A stretch of DNA of 64,000 nucleotides from a bacterium (lineage in GTDB: Bacteria; UBA10199; 2-02-FULL-44-16; JAAZCA01): NCBI GenBank assembly GCA_963674695.2, contig CAXXGI010000003.1, positions 800,001 to 864,000 on the forward strand, read 5' to 3'. The notes beneath the pieces are model-generated. The model made no database searches. It had not been told where the DNA came from and saw only the letters and a list, made by a program, of their open reading frames with translations. Each line of letters opens with the position of its first letter. The stretch's first letter is position 1. Both the position numbers and the translations under genes were made by a program. Of the stretch, positions 16,318-26,202 are shown piece after piece.

Positions 16318-17637
16318 ATGTCCCCCACTCGATCCTATCGCTATTGGCGCTGGCGCATGTTCCTCGGCATGTATGCGGGGTATGTGATCTATTACTTCAC
16401 GCGCAAGAATCTCGCGCCGGTCCTGCCGCTCTTCAGCAAAGAGCTCGGCATCTCCCTCATGGATCTGGGGATCCTGGGCAGCATCTTCTATGTGACCTAC
16501 GGCGTGGGAAAATTCATCAGCGGCTTGCTCGCCGATCGCTCCTCGATTCGCCTCTTCATGCCGGCGGGGCTCGCACTCGCCTCGATCACAAACATCCTCT
16601 TCTCCACGACCGAAACGCTCTGGCTGCTGGCCCTCCTCTGGGGACTCAACGGCGCCTTTCAGTCGATGGGGTTTCCGCCCGTGGCCAAGGGGCTGACCTC
16701 CTGGTTCAGCGCCAGCGAACGCGCGACCAAGTGGACGCTCTGGTCGAGCTCGCACACCGCCGGGACCTTTCTCATCGGAATCCTCGCGGCCGCCCTGATG
16801 CAGCACTATGGCTGGCGCAGCGCCTTTCTCGTCCCGGGCGTGCTGGGGCTCATCACCGCCGTACTGCTCTTCTTCACGCTGCGCGATCGGCCGCAATCGA
16901 TCGGCATGCCCTCCATTGAAACCTATCGCAACGACCCGGCCCCGGTGCAGGTTCCTGCGCACCTGACCCATTGGCAGATCCTGCGACGCTACGTCTTCGG
17001 GAACAGCTCGATCTGGTTGCTCTGTCTGGCCTACATCTTCGTCTATCTCATCCGTTTCGGCACGCTGGATTGGTCGACCAAGTTTCTCTACGACGTCCGC
17101 GGTATCGAACCCGTGCGCGTCGCCCTCATCTGGTCGCTCATGCCGCTGTTTGGCATGCCCGGCGGCATCGTCGCGGGCTGGATCGCCGACCGTTTCTTCC
17201 ATGGCCGCTGCGTCCCGATCACGATCATCTATCTGGTCCTGTTGGCGGCGAGCATCCTCGGCTTCTATCGTTTCGCCGGGCCCCAGAACATCGCCCTCAC
17301 CTGCGTCTTTCTCGCCGCCATCGGTTTCTTCGTCGACGGCCCGCAGAACCTCGTGGGGGGCGTGCAGGTCTCGCGCATCACCGCCCCGCAGGCCGTCTCG
17401 GCCGCCTGCGGACTGACGGGACTCTTCGGCTATATCGGCGCCATGCTCTCGGGCGTGGGCCTGGCCGCCATCACCGATGCCGCCGGATGGGCCGCGATGT
17501 TCGGGACCTGTATCATCAGCTGCGGCATCGCCGCCCTCCTGGTCAGCCTCACCTGGCGAGCGGAGCGCACACAGCAGCGAGAGCAATCGGCAGAACCAAC
17601 CCGCCTCGAACCCGCAATTGCGGAGAGCGGTATCTGA
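16318..17637 (+). CDS. MFS organophosphate:Pi antiporter (OPA family; UhpC/GlpT/PgtP-like)
   Basis: YRYWRW...GY..YYFTRK, YGVGKF.SG.LADR, FQSMG.PP, WF...ER....W..SH, RDRPQSIG and G.TGLFGY.G motifs; 12-TM pattern. Confidence 0.92.
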   Translation: MSPTRSYRYWRWRMFLGMYAGYVIYYFTRKNLAPVLPLFSKELGISLMDLGILGSIFYVTYGVGKFISGLLADRSSIRLFMPAGLALASITNILFSTTETLWLLALLWGLNGAFQSMGFPPVAKGLTSWFSASERATKWTLWSSSHTAGTFLIGILAAALMQHYGWRSAFLVPGVLGLITAVLLFFTLRDRPQSIGMPSIETYRNDPAPVQVPAHLTHWQILRRYVFGNSSIWLLCLAYIFVYLIRFGTLDWSTKFLYDVRGIEPVRVALIWSLMPLFGMPGGIVAGWIADRFFHGRCVPITIIYLVLLAASILGFYRFAGPQNIALTCVFLAAIGFFVDGPQNLVGGVQVSRITAPQAVSAACGLTGLFGYIGAMLSGVGLAAITDAAGWAAMFGTCIISCGIAALLVSLTWRAERTQQREQSAEPTRLEPAIAESGI

Positions 17638-17665
17638 CAGCCACTATCAGAAAGGAACCCTCATC

Positions 17666-18406
17666 ATGGAAATAACCCCCTATCGCATTCCGTATGACAT
17701 CGACTATTTTCTCGATGGCTTCTGCAATGGGAGCGATCTGTTCAGCGACGTCTACGGCACGTCGGTGACGATGCTGCTCTCGGATCGCCGCTCCGCCTAT
17801 TTTTGTCCTGAAAAGCTCAAGGGCAGCTGGCGCATCTATGTCGATGCCAGCGGCACCGAACACCTGATCATACCGCCTGGAAAGCGCGACTCCCGGCCAA
17901 ATCACATCCTCGCATGGCCGCGTGCGCAGGACGTGCTCGCCTGTGGCGCCACAGCGCTGCCGCAGATATCGGTCGAACTCCGGAGTCGCAGCGCATATAA
18001 ACGACACCCAACGACGTCCTCGCCGGCCGTCCCACCCTTCGTCATCGAGCAAAAGCGGGAGAAGGGATGGTCCTTCCGCATCGACGCCCAAGGCGTTCAA
18101 TTCACTTCCGGATCGACGCGCTATATGTTTTCCACCGAGGACATCGCGCTGCAGGAACGTATCTGGGAGGATTGCACCTATGACTATGAACTTGGCCACG
18201 AATTCTGCACGACGCACCTCGGCGTCTTCACCCCGTACGCATCCGACCTGAGTCCCTTCATCGCCATCCTCGAAGAGGCCCGAGCGCAGGGCGATCCGGC
18301 CCAGGCCTCGAGCTTCGACTTCGCCATCGCGACGATCATGCAGTCGATGGAGAAACTCGCGGAGATCGACACCTTCGAACGGGCGTGTGGGGAGATCAAA
18401 GAATAG
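17666..18406 (+). CDS. Hypothetical protein (246 aa)
   Basis: AAGGA RBS and ATG 28 nt after the MFS stop; host-like codon usage; no motif recognised. Confidence 0.65.
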   Translation: MEITPYRIPYDIDYFLDGFCNGSDLFSDVYGTSVTMLLSDRRSAYFCPEKLKGSWRIYVDASGTEHLIIPPGKRDSRPNHILAWPRAQDVLACGATALPQISVELRSRSAYKRHPTTSSPAVPPFVIEQKREKGWSFRIDAQGVQFTSGSTRYMFSTEDIALQERIWEDCTYDYELGHEFCTTHLGVFTPYASDLSPFIAILEEARAQGDPAQASSFDFAIATIMQSMEKLAEIDTFERACGEIKE

Positions 18407-18408
18407 GG

Positions 18409-18465
18409 CTGGATCCCCGATTACCCCCTCGGGGATGACAGACTCTCGTGCCCTCGGGGATGACA
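18409..18465. repeat. REP-like hairpin plus a half copy (…TCGGGGATGACA x2) between convergent genes
   Basis: CTGGATCCCCGA-loop-TCGGGGATGACA followed by CCCTCGGGGATGACA. Confidence 0.8.
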
Positions 18466-18467
18466 GC

Positions 18468-20126
18468 TCAGGACAGTTCGCGGGCGATCTCGACGATGCG
18501 CACGAGTTTGGCGTTGATCGTGCGAAACTGGCTCATGAGATCGAGGTGAATGGAGCTGGTATCGAAGCTCTCGCGCATCTTGTCGTGCAAGCGCATCAGG
18601 TGCGACTGCCGAAGCTCCAGTTCCACCTCATTGAGGTGATGGTCATGACGGATGACCTTGAGCGCAATATCCTCGTGAGGATGCGTGAGCATCGAGATGG
18701 TCAAATCGAAGTTCTGCAAGACCAGTTCGTGCAGATGTTTGATCTCCACCCAGCCTTCGTCGGAAAAACGCGTCCATTTCTTCCGCTTCTTGTGCGCCAG
18801 GAGAATGACTTCCTTGGAGATGACGTCGCCGATATCCTCGAGCTCTCCGGCGATCATGAGGAGCGAGACCTGCTGGATGGACTGCGATTCATTGAGCATC
18901 TTCTGTGAAATCTTCGCGAGATAGAAACGCACCGCTTTTTCGAGCAGATCGATCTTGTCGTCGGCGCTGGCCGTCTTCTCGGCGAGTCGGTCGATCTCCT
19001 CCTCATCCTTAAAGAGATCGAGCACGTGGGCAAACATCTCGTGCGCAATCTGCGCGATGCGCATCACCTCGCGCCGCACCTGGGCGAAGGCGAGCGCCGG
19101 CGTTGGCAGCGCCGCATCCTCCAGATACTTCGGCCGAAACGCCTCTTTCCGATGCGCCTGTTGCGGAACGATCTTTTTCACCATCCAGACAACGACGTTG
19201 GTGAACGGGAGGAAGAGCACCACCAGAAAGAGGTTGAACAGCAGATGGGAGAGCGCGATCTCGCCGCTGGTGCTCAGGTGCATCCACGTCATATCCGTCG
19301 AGAGATGCGCGTTGAACTGCATGATGAACTGCGCGATCTCACCGAGGAAGGGAAAGACGATCATCGCGCCGACGATCTTCATGAGCACGTGCGCCACCGC
19401 CACGCGCCGCCCCTCGACCCCCACCCCGAAACAGGCCAGCCCCGCGGTGATGCACGTACCGATGTTCGCGCCAAGGACGATGGGGAGTGCGGCCTCGAAC
19501 GTGATGGTACCCGAGAAGGAGAGCGCGATGGCCAGACCGATGGTGGCGGCCGAGGCCTGCACGATGCCAGTGAAAACCGTGGCGAAGATGAGATTGGCCA
19601 GGGGATTTTTCGCGAGGAATGTAAACGCCTGCATCGCCGCAGGGCTCTCGCGCAGGGGCACCGCCGCGGCCGACATCAGGTACATGCCGAAGAAGATCAT
19701 GCCAAAGCCGAGCACGATCGAACCGATGTAGCGCATCTTCTGGCTGCGCCCCAGGTGCGAGAGCAGCATTCCACCCGCGACGAGATAGAGCGCATAGCTC
19801 GTGATCTTTTGGAAGGAGAGCAGGACCACCACCAGCGTCGTGCCCACGCCGGCGCCCAGGATGACGCCGATGGCCTGCACGAGCGTGAGCAGCTGCGTCT
19901 CGACAAAACTCACGAGTAAGACGGTCGTCGCGCTCGAACTCTGCAGCATGACGGTGATGGACGCGCCGAGCCCCAGCGCGAAGAGGCGATTCTGCGTGAG
20001 CCTTCCCATCAAGGCGCGCAACCGCTCGCCGGCGGCCAGCTGCAGCCCCTGGCGCGCTGAGGTCAGTCCGAAGAAGAAAAAAGCCAATCCGCCGATCATC
20101 GATGCCCAGCCAAAACTCACATCCAT
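18468..20126 (-). CDS. Na+/Pi cotransporter family protein with C-terminal PhoU-like domain
   Basis: LQSSSATT...ILGA.VGTT and VQASAAT...VLGANIGT repeats; ELEDIGD and TSSIHLD motifs. Confidence 0.93.
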   Translation of the reverse strand: MDVSFGWASMIGGLAFFFFGLTSARQGLQLAAGERLRALMGRLTQNRLFALGLGASITVMLQSSSATTVLLVSFVETQLLTLVQAIGVILGAGVGTTLVVVLLSFQKITSYALYLVAGGMLLSHLGRSQKMRYIGSIVLGFGMIFFGMYLMSAAAVPLRESPAAMQAFTFLAKNPLANLIFATVFTGIVQASAATIGLAIALSFSGTITFEAALPIVLGANIGTCITAGLACFGVGVEGRRVAVAHVLMKIVGAMIVFPFLGEIAQFIMQFNAHLSTDMTWMHLSTSGEIALSHLLFNLFLVVLFLPFTNVVVWMVKKIVPQQAHRKEAFRPKYLEDAALPTPALAFAQVRREVMRIAQIAHEMFAHVLDLFKDEEEIDRLAEKTASADDKIDLLEKAVRFYLAKISQKMLNESQSIQQVSLLMIAGELEDIGDVISKEVILLAHKKRKKWTRFSDEGWVEIKHLHELVLQNFDLTISMLTHPHEDIALKVIRHDHHLNEVELELRQSHLMRLHDKMRESFDTSSIHLDLMSQFRTINAKLVRIVEIARELS

Positions 20127-20345
20127 CGGGAAACTCCTGCGTTATAAGCGGTGAGGGCGAAGAATAGCACTGCCCCTCTCCGATGAAAAGGATGAGGTCG
20201 CAAATGCCCTCAATACCTCGCCCACACCCCCTTTTTAACCGTTTCTGAACAGATTTAACCTAATCCAAACTGGTTCAAACCCCCAATCATTTTGTACACA
20301 TAGCTCATCACGGCTGACAATGATTCAGCACTTTTCGCTCAAGAG

Positions 20346-23261
20346 ATGCAACCGATGACGAACTCCTTATCCGACTTTTCCGCCGATCCCCTCCACCGGG
20401 TCTATCAGCAGGCGCTCGATCTGCACCAGGAAGAACTCGAACTCGCTCGCGCCATTCCACCGCTCGCGCAAAAAAAGCGCGAGACCGATGCGTTCATATC
20501 ATTACAGAGCCAACAATCGATGGGGGGCAGATCACTCTTCGCCCCCATCGCGGGACCTCGTCTCTCCGCCATCGGTCGCGCACATGAATACGAGCTGCTT
20601 CTCTCCGAAAAGAAGGCGCGCCTTGAACTCCTGCGCGAACAGCGCCAGCAGACCGTCCTCGAACTGCTGACAATCGCCGAAGCCGAATGGATACCGGGCG
20701 ATCGAACATCCTCCGAGAGTCATCGGTTCAATGAACGAACGCGTCTGGCCCGTCTCGCCCTTCAATTCGGTTCGGAAGCGTTGGCCGCAGAGCAGCTCGA
20801 GCTCGCGGCCGACATCGCGCCTGATGCGGCCAGCGCCCTCTTTCTCAAACTGCGCGCCCATGCCCTGTCGACCGCGCCCTGGGACGGTCCGGATATCCTG
20901 TCCACCATCGCTGCTCTGCGTGATCGGGGCGATGAGCGCTGGCGTCTCCTGCTGCCGACCTATGCGCTCTCGATCCATCGACATCAGCAACGGGAGCAGA
21001 CAGATCCCAAGCGCATGGACGTCACTGAGGCCCACTTCCTCTCGCTTCTGCACAACCGACTCGACGCAAATAACGTCTTTGTGCCCCCGTTGTCGAGTAC
21101 CGAAACGCTGATGTGGCTCGACGTGCTCACCCAGATCGTTCGTCGAAAGGCCTCGAGCATTCCCGAAACCCCCCGTGATGAACGCGACGCCATCACCGAT
21201 GCAATCAGATCCATTACTGCCGACGCGTATCATCTGGCCTCACCCTTCTTCCAGTACTCCGACAACGCGGCCGCACCATTTCGGACTGAACTCGGTGCGG
21301 CAACCGTTCCGATCGATGTGACCGAACAGCTCTTCGCCCGCGATGATGTGTCCGGCGCAACTGACGTGCGCGAAGGGCTGGTTGCCTTTCTCGCGGAGGC
21401 GCACGTCTTCGCCGATATTGTGAGCGAACACCCGGCACGGGCGATCGAACAGTTCGACGAAATCAAAAGCAGATTTCCCGATACAAAAGCCATCGAAACC
21501 TTCGAACGTGGCATCTGCACACAGTTTGACCGGCTCTGCACCGATGGCAAACTCATCACCCGCCAGGACAAGGCATTCGAAGCGATGCTCACGACATCGT
21601 TCGGTCACATCGACGATCTGGACGCCACCTCCGAGCTGGGCCTCACCGCCGGAGGCGGTGCGGCCGGACTGCTGGCCTGCTACGGCCTGGGACTGTCCGG
21701 CGGCTTTGTCGGAGAAGGCATTGCCATTCCGACCTGCAGTCTGCTCTTCACCGGCGGCATGCTGACCGCCTGGGGAGGCGTACGCGGGTACAATATCTAT
21801 GCCGCACGCGAAGAGATCGCTGAATCCTCTCTCTCGGGATTGAGCCTGATCGATCCGAGCGCAGCGGCCCTGCGCGCGCAATCCCTTCCCATGGATGCCG
21901 GACTGATGGCGATGCTGGGGCTCATCGGCGGCGGTTTCAGCGGATCGGTGAAGTCAGCCGGACAGGCCGTCTATACGGGCACCATACAGCGCGGACTTGC
22001 TAAGGGCCTCGACGCCTATGCGCGTTTCATCAACCGTCCTTCGGTCCTGGTCGGCTCCGGGGTGCTCGCCGTAGCGGATGTTGGACTCGTCGACGCCGAC
22101 TATGATTTCGCGTGGGAGCAGGACTACGCCTTCGACGGCTTCTCCCATTGGTGGGGATTCATTCCGGCGACGATGGTCCTCGGCAATGCCGCGGCACAGA
22201 AGATTCCCTTCATCGCCCTAGATGCAAAGGGAAGCGCGGTGGCCACAATGGTGACCACCGGCATGCAGTTCTTCATCCAGTCCGACGGAGGCAGCGACCC
22301 GGACTATTTCGACTACAACCGGGCCTTGAGCCGTTACGCCTACTCCATGGTCGGCACCGCCGTCGGCAAGAAATCGCTGGGATACGTCGCCTCAAATCCA
22401 AAGAATGTCCTTCGTTGGGTCGGCACAAACGGCTCGAGCAATCCGGTGCTCACCCTCCGCGGAAAATTTCTCTTCGGCACCAGCAACATCCTGGCGATGG
22501 GCGCGATCAACTATGTCACCGCCGACGCGCAGGGTGTGGATGCCGACAACTCGACGATCGCGCGTTCGATCGACAAGGTGATCACCGAATTCGCTATCTC
22601 GCCGCTCCAGGCTCGACTCGGTTTCGACGGGCCGCTGGGGCTCCTCACGCGAAAGACACTCGGCTCATTGGTCGAGGGCGCCATCAATACGCTCTGTAAT
22701 ATGTACGAGGATCAGAGTCTCTATCAGAAACCCTTGCGCATCTATCTTGATACCGATCGCGCCGAACACGATCAGCTCATAAACGATCCCGACATGCGCC
22801 AGAAGCTCCTGTCCATGATGCGGCGTGGCACCATGGTGCGCGGTGCGAGCCATCCCCTCTCGCGCCGATTCTCCGAGGTGACCACCGAAAATCTCTTCCG
22901 CATCTATGCGAATCTCCCCTCCACGGAAAAAACTCAATACCACCAATTGCTCCGCCTGTATGTCGAAGACTGCGCACAAGGACAGCTGACCAAGGATGAA
23001 GAGCGAACGCTTCAGCTGATGATCGCCGCGGTCCTCTCGGACATCGGGCTCACGGTGCAGGACCACCGCAACATGCGCATCGACCTAATCAACCCCGACC
23101 TTGCCGCGACGGTAACGATCCCCTATAGAGATGCGCCGTCCACATCGATTCCGCTCACCGTCGATCACAAGCGTTTCTCGACGATGCTCAACAACGGCGA
23201 CTACGACAATCTGATCCCGGCGGTTCGAATCACCGTGCCATCGGCAGAAGAAAAACAATAA
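20346..23261 (+). CDS. Large orphan protein (971 aa): helical N-half, Gly-rich hydrophobic segments in the C-half
   Basis: Long ORF with host-like codon usage, 12 nt upstream of ppa; no signal peptide seen. Confidence 0.8.
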   Translation: MQPMTNSLSDFSADPLHRVYQQALDLHQEELELARAIPPLAQKKRETDAFISLQSQQSMGGRSLFAPIAGPRLSAIGRAHEYELLLSEKKARLELLREQRQQTVLELLTIAEAEWIPGDRTSSESHRFNERTRLARLALQFGSEALAAEQLELAADIAPDAASALFLKLRAHALSTAPWDGPDILSTIAALRDRGDERWRLLLPTYALSIHRHQQREQTDPKRMDVTEAHFLSLLHNRLDANNVFVPPLSSTETLMWLDVLTQIVRRKASSIPETPRDERDAITDAIRSITADAYHLASPFFQYSDNAAAPFRTELGAATVPIDVTEQLFARDDVSGATDVREGLVAFLAEAHVFADIVSEHPARAIEQFDEIKSRFPDTKAIETFERGICTQFDRLCTDGKLITRQDKAFEAMLTTSFGHIDDLDATSELGLTAGGGAAGLLACYGLGLSGGFVGEGIAIPTCSLLFTGGMLTAWGGVRGYNIYAAREEIAESSLSGLSLIDPSAAALRAQSLPMDAGLMAMLGLIGGGFSGSVKSAGQAVYTGTIQRGLAKGLDAYARFINRPSVLVGSGVLAVADVGLVDADYDFAWEQDYAFDGFSHWWGFIPATMVLGNAAAQKIPFIALDAKGSAVATMVTTGMQFFIQSDGGSDPDYFDYNRALSRYAYSMVGTAVGKKSLGYVASNPKNVLRWVGTNGSSNPVLTLRGKFLFGTSNILAMGAINYVTADAQGVDADNSTIARSIDKVITEFAISPLQARLGFDGPLGLLTRKTLGSLVEGAINTLCNMYEDQSLYQKPLRIYLDTDRAEHDQLINDPDMRQKLLSMMRRGTMVRGASHPLSRRFSEVTTENLFRIYANLPSTEKTQYHQLLRLYVEDCAQGQLTKDEERTLQLMIAAVLSDIGLTVQDHRNMRIDLINPDLAATVTIPYRDAPSTSIPLTVDHKRFSTMLNNGDYDNLIPAVRITVPSAEEKQ

Positions 23262-23273
23262 GGAGCATCCTTC

Positions 23274-23897
23274 ATGACCAGACGAGTACTGCATAGCATC
23301 ATTGGTCTTGCGATTGCCATCGCGTTTGCATCCCCTGCATGGGGAGTGCCTCCGGAAAAGATTGCGGCGAAAAACGCCGATGGCACCGTGAACGCCTTCA
23401 TCGAAATCCCGGCCGGGACGAACGAGAAATGGGAGGTACAACAATCCTCCGGAAAGCTCGAGATCGAGCGCAAGGACGGCAAGCCGCGCGTCGTCGCCTA
23501 TCTCGGCTATCCGGGAAACTACGGCTTCATCCCACAGACCGTGCAGTCAGCGGAGACCGGAGGCGACGGTGATCCGCTCGATGTGCTCGTCATCGGCGGA
23601 CCTGCCGAACGCGGCAGCGTCGTGCGGGCAAAACTCATCGGCGTGCTCACCCTCACCGACACCGGTGAACGCGACGACAAACTCATCGCCGTCATGCCCG
23701 GCACCGCATTCGCGTCCCTCGATTCCATTGCGGCACTGAATGCGAAATACCCGGGAGTCACGACGATCATCGAGACGTGGTTCATGCATTACAAGGGCCC
23801 TGGCCGCATCGTCTCGAAGGGGTTCGCCCCAGCCACGAAAGCAAACGCCGCCCTTGCAGAGGCCATCGCCGCCCATTCCGCCACACAGGCGAAGTGA
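23274..23897 (+). CDS. ppa: Family I inorganic pyrophosphatase with an N-terminal signal peptide
   Basis: EIP.G...K.E, YPGNYGFIPQT, DGDPLDV and D.GERDDKL motifs; leader MTRRVLHSIIGLAIAIAFASPAWG. Confidence 0.92.
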   Translation: MTRRVLHSIIGLAIAIAFASPAWGVPPEKIAAKNADGTVNAFIEIPAGTNEKWEVQQSSGKLEIERKDGKPRVVAYLGYPGNYGFIPQTVQSAETGGDGDPLDVLVIGGPAERGSVVRAKLIGVLTLTDTGERDDKLIAVMPGTAFASLDSIAALNAKYPGVTTIIETWFMHYKGPGRIVSKGFAPATKANAALAEAIAAHSATQAK

Positions 23898-23979
23898 GTA
23901 TTTCCGTTGGACAATGACATTCTTGCACTCCCCTTTTTGTTCGGTGTAGGCTCTCCACCACCAAACAGGGAGATATCTG

Positions 23980-24669
23980 GTGACCAAACGACGCATCCTC
24001 GTCGTGGATGACGAGGAGGACATTCAGGAGTTGGTGCGCTATAACCTCGAACGCGATGGCTTCGACGTCACCTGCGTCGATTCCGGGCCGACCGCGCTCG
24101 AAGCAGTGGCGGTGGCTCCGCCGGATCTGATCGTGCTGGACCTCATGCTCCCGGTCATCGACGGCCTGGAGGTCTGCCGTCGCCTCAAACAGAACGACAA
24201 GACCGCCGGCATTCCGATCGTGATGGTCACCGCCAAGGTCGAGGACGCGGATATCGTCTCGGGCCTGGAACTGGGGGCGGACGACTACATCACCAAACCC
24301 TTCAGCCCGCGCGTGCTCATCGCCCGCATCCGGGCGGTCTTCCGGCGCCAGCAGGAATCGACCACGAACATCGAGAAACCGATCGTCATCAATTCGCTCA
24401 CCATCGACCCGGCCCGACGCTCGGTCACGGTGGAAGAGCACTCAATCGAACTGACGGCAACGGAGTTCAGCATCCTCTCCTTTCTCGCCCAGCACCCCGG
24501 CTATGTCTTCACGCGCAATCGCATCATCCTGGCGGTCAAAGGCGAAGGCTATCCGGTGACCGACCGTTCGGTCGACGTCCAGATCGTGAGCCTGCGCCGC
24601 AAGCTGGGAGCAACGGGACAACTCATCGAAACCGTACGCGGCGTCGGCTATCGATTTCAGGAGCGTTGA
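23980..24669 (+). CDS. phoB: OmpR-family response regulator, PhoB/PhoP-like
   Basis: LVVDDE, LDLMLP, GADDYITKPF, RSVDVQI..LRRKL and IETVRGVGY motifs; coupled to a PhoR-like kinase in a phosphate cluster. Confidence 0.85.
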   Translation: MTKRRILVVDDEEDIQELVRYNLERDGFDVTCVDSGPTALEAVAVAPPDLIVLDLMLPVIDGLEVCRRLKQNDKTAGIPIVMVTAKVEDADIVSGLELGADDYITKPFSPRVLIARIRAVFRRQQESTTNIEKPIVINSLTIDPARRSVTVEEHSIELTATEFSILSFLAQHPGYVFTRNRIILAVKGEGYPVTDRSVDVQIVSLRRKLGATGQLIETVRGVGYRFQER

Positions 24670-26105
24670 TGCGAACCAGCAAGCGCCTGCTCTGGCAACT
24701 CTATCCGATCAGCCTCATCTTCGTCCTCATCGCCGTCATCGCCTTCGGCGTGCTCGCCTATGGTGCGTTCACCTCATTCGCCAAGAGCACCACCGCCCGA
24801 AACCTCGAAACTCAGACGCTTCTCGTACGCGACCTACTGCGGCCTGCAATCCTGACCGATGATGACACACGGCTCCAGGCACGCTGTCGCTCGATCGGAG
24901 CAAAGATCGACACGCGCATCACCGTCATCGGTGAATCCGGGACCGTACGATGCGACTCACTTCACGATCCAGCGCACATGGACAATCATGCTGACCGACC
25001 GGAAGTGACCGCCGCGCTTGAGGGGCAAGACGGACAATCGATGCGCTACAGCGCTACCGCGCAGATGGAGATGCTCTACAACGCCCTGCCGCTTCGCCTC
25101 GACGACACACACATCGCCATCGTGCGCACATCGATGCCGATGGTGACCCTGCTGCACTCGCCGCGTCTGTTCGCCCTGACCCTTGCTGTGGCAGGCGTGC
25201 TCATCCTCGCATTGACAGCGATCTTCGCCTGGATCGCGACACGCCGCATCGCCCAACCACTGGGCGTCATTCAGGACGGAGCGCAGCGTTTTTCGCGTGG
25301 AGACTTGAGCTATCGTCTTCCGCGCATCGGCTCACGTGAATGCCAGACCATCGTCCATTCGCTGAACCAGATGGCTACAGAGATCGAATCGCGCCTCCAG
25401 ACCATCCGAAAACTCGAGCAGATGCGGCGTGAATTTGTCGGCAATGTCTCGCACGAACTCATGACGCCGATCACCGCCATCATCGGATTCGTCGAAACGC
25501 TACGCGACGGCGCCCTGGATGACCCCGACCGGGCACAGGATTTTCTTCGGATCATCGGACGTCACGCCAAACGGCTGCGCGCGATCGTGGGCGATCTGCT
25601 CAGCCTCTCGCGCATTGAGCAGGATGAGGAATCGAACGACATTCGATTAGAGTCGATCGTACTGGGCGATATCATCACCTCGGCCATCGAAATCTGCCGA
25701 CCCAAAGCGGACGATCAACAGATGACCCTCCTCACCGAAATCGATCCGAGCATCGAGATCATGGCCAACGCCATTTTGACCGAGCAGGCCATCGTCAACC
25801 TCGTCGACAACGCCATCAAGTACAGCGATGCAAACGACCGCGTCTGGATCCGAGCTCGACGAGAAGATAACGAGGTTCTCATCGAGATCGAGGACGAAGG
25901 CATCGGCATCCCCTCCGACCAGATTCCCCGCCTCTTCGAGCGATTCTACCGTGTTGAAAAGGCGCGCAGCCGTCGCCAGGGAGGTACCGGCCTCGGATTG
26001 GCCATCGTCAAACACATCATCCATTCCATGGGCGGCTCTATCGCGGTGGCGAGCACCCCGGGCGTCGGCAGCACCTTCACCCTCCATCTGAAGCCCTCAC
26101 CTTGA
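24669..26105 (+). CDS. phoR: Sensor histidine kinase, PhoR-like (2 TM, HAMP, HisKA, HATPase)
   Basis: NHADRPEV periplasmic motif, EFVGNVSHEL.TP, NLVDNAIKY and RFYRVEKARSR..GGTGLGL motifs; TGATG overlap with the regulator. Confidence 0.85.
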   Translation: MRTSKRLLWQLYPISLIFVLIAVIAFGVLAYGAFTSFAKSTTARNLETQTLLVRDLLRPAILTDDDTRLQARCRSIGAKIDTRITVIGESGTVRCDSLHDPAHMDNHADRPEVTAALEGQDGQSMRYSATAQMEMLYNALPLRLDDTHIAIVRTSMPMVTLLHSPRLFALTLAVAGVLILALTAIFAWIATRRIAQPLGVIQDGAQRFSRGDLSYRLPRIGSRECQTIVHSLNQMATEIESRLQTIRKLEQMRREFVGNVSHELMTPITAIIGFVETLRDGALDDPDRAQDFLRIIGRHAKRLRAIVGDLLSLSRIEQDEESNDIRLESIVLGDIITSAIEICRPKADDQQMTLLTEIDPSIEIMANAILTEQAIVNLVDNAIKYSDANDRVWIRARREDNEVLIEIEDEGIGIPSDQIPRLFERFYRVEKARSRRQGGTGLGLAIVKHIIHSMGGSIAVASTPGVGSTFTLHLKPSP

Positions 26106-26202
26106 CAAAAGCGGCGTATAACTGTTAGGACTCCCCGGATCAGACGTGCGTCGGATAATTTCCAGCGTTTCGCGACAGAACAAAAAAGAGGAGAAATTCC
26201 GC

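Noticed and set aside
26102-26202. sigma28-like or sigma70 promoter upstream of the UDPGP gene
   Set aside because: No GCAA-N15-CGATA match; the TTGACA overlaps the phoR stop and lacks a well-spaced canonical -10.
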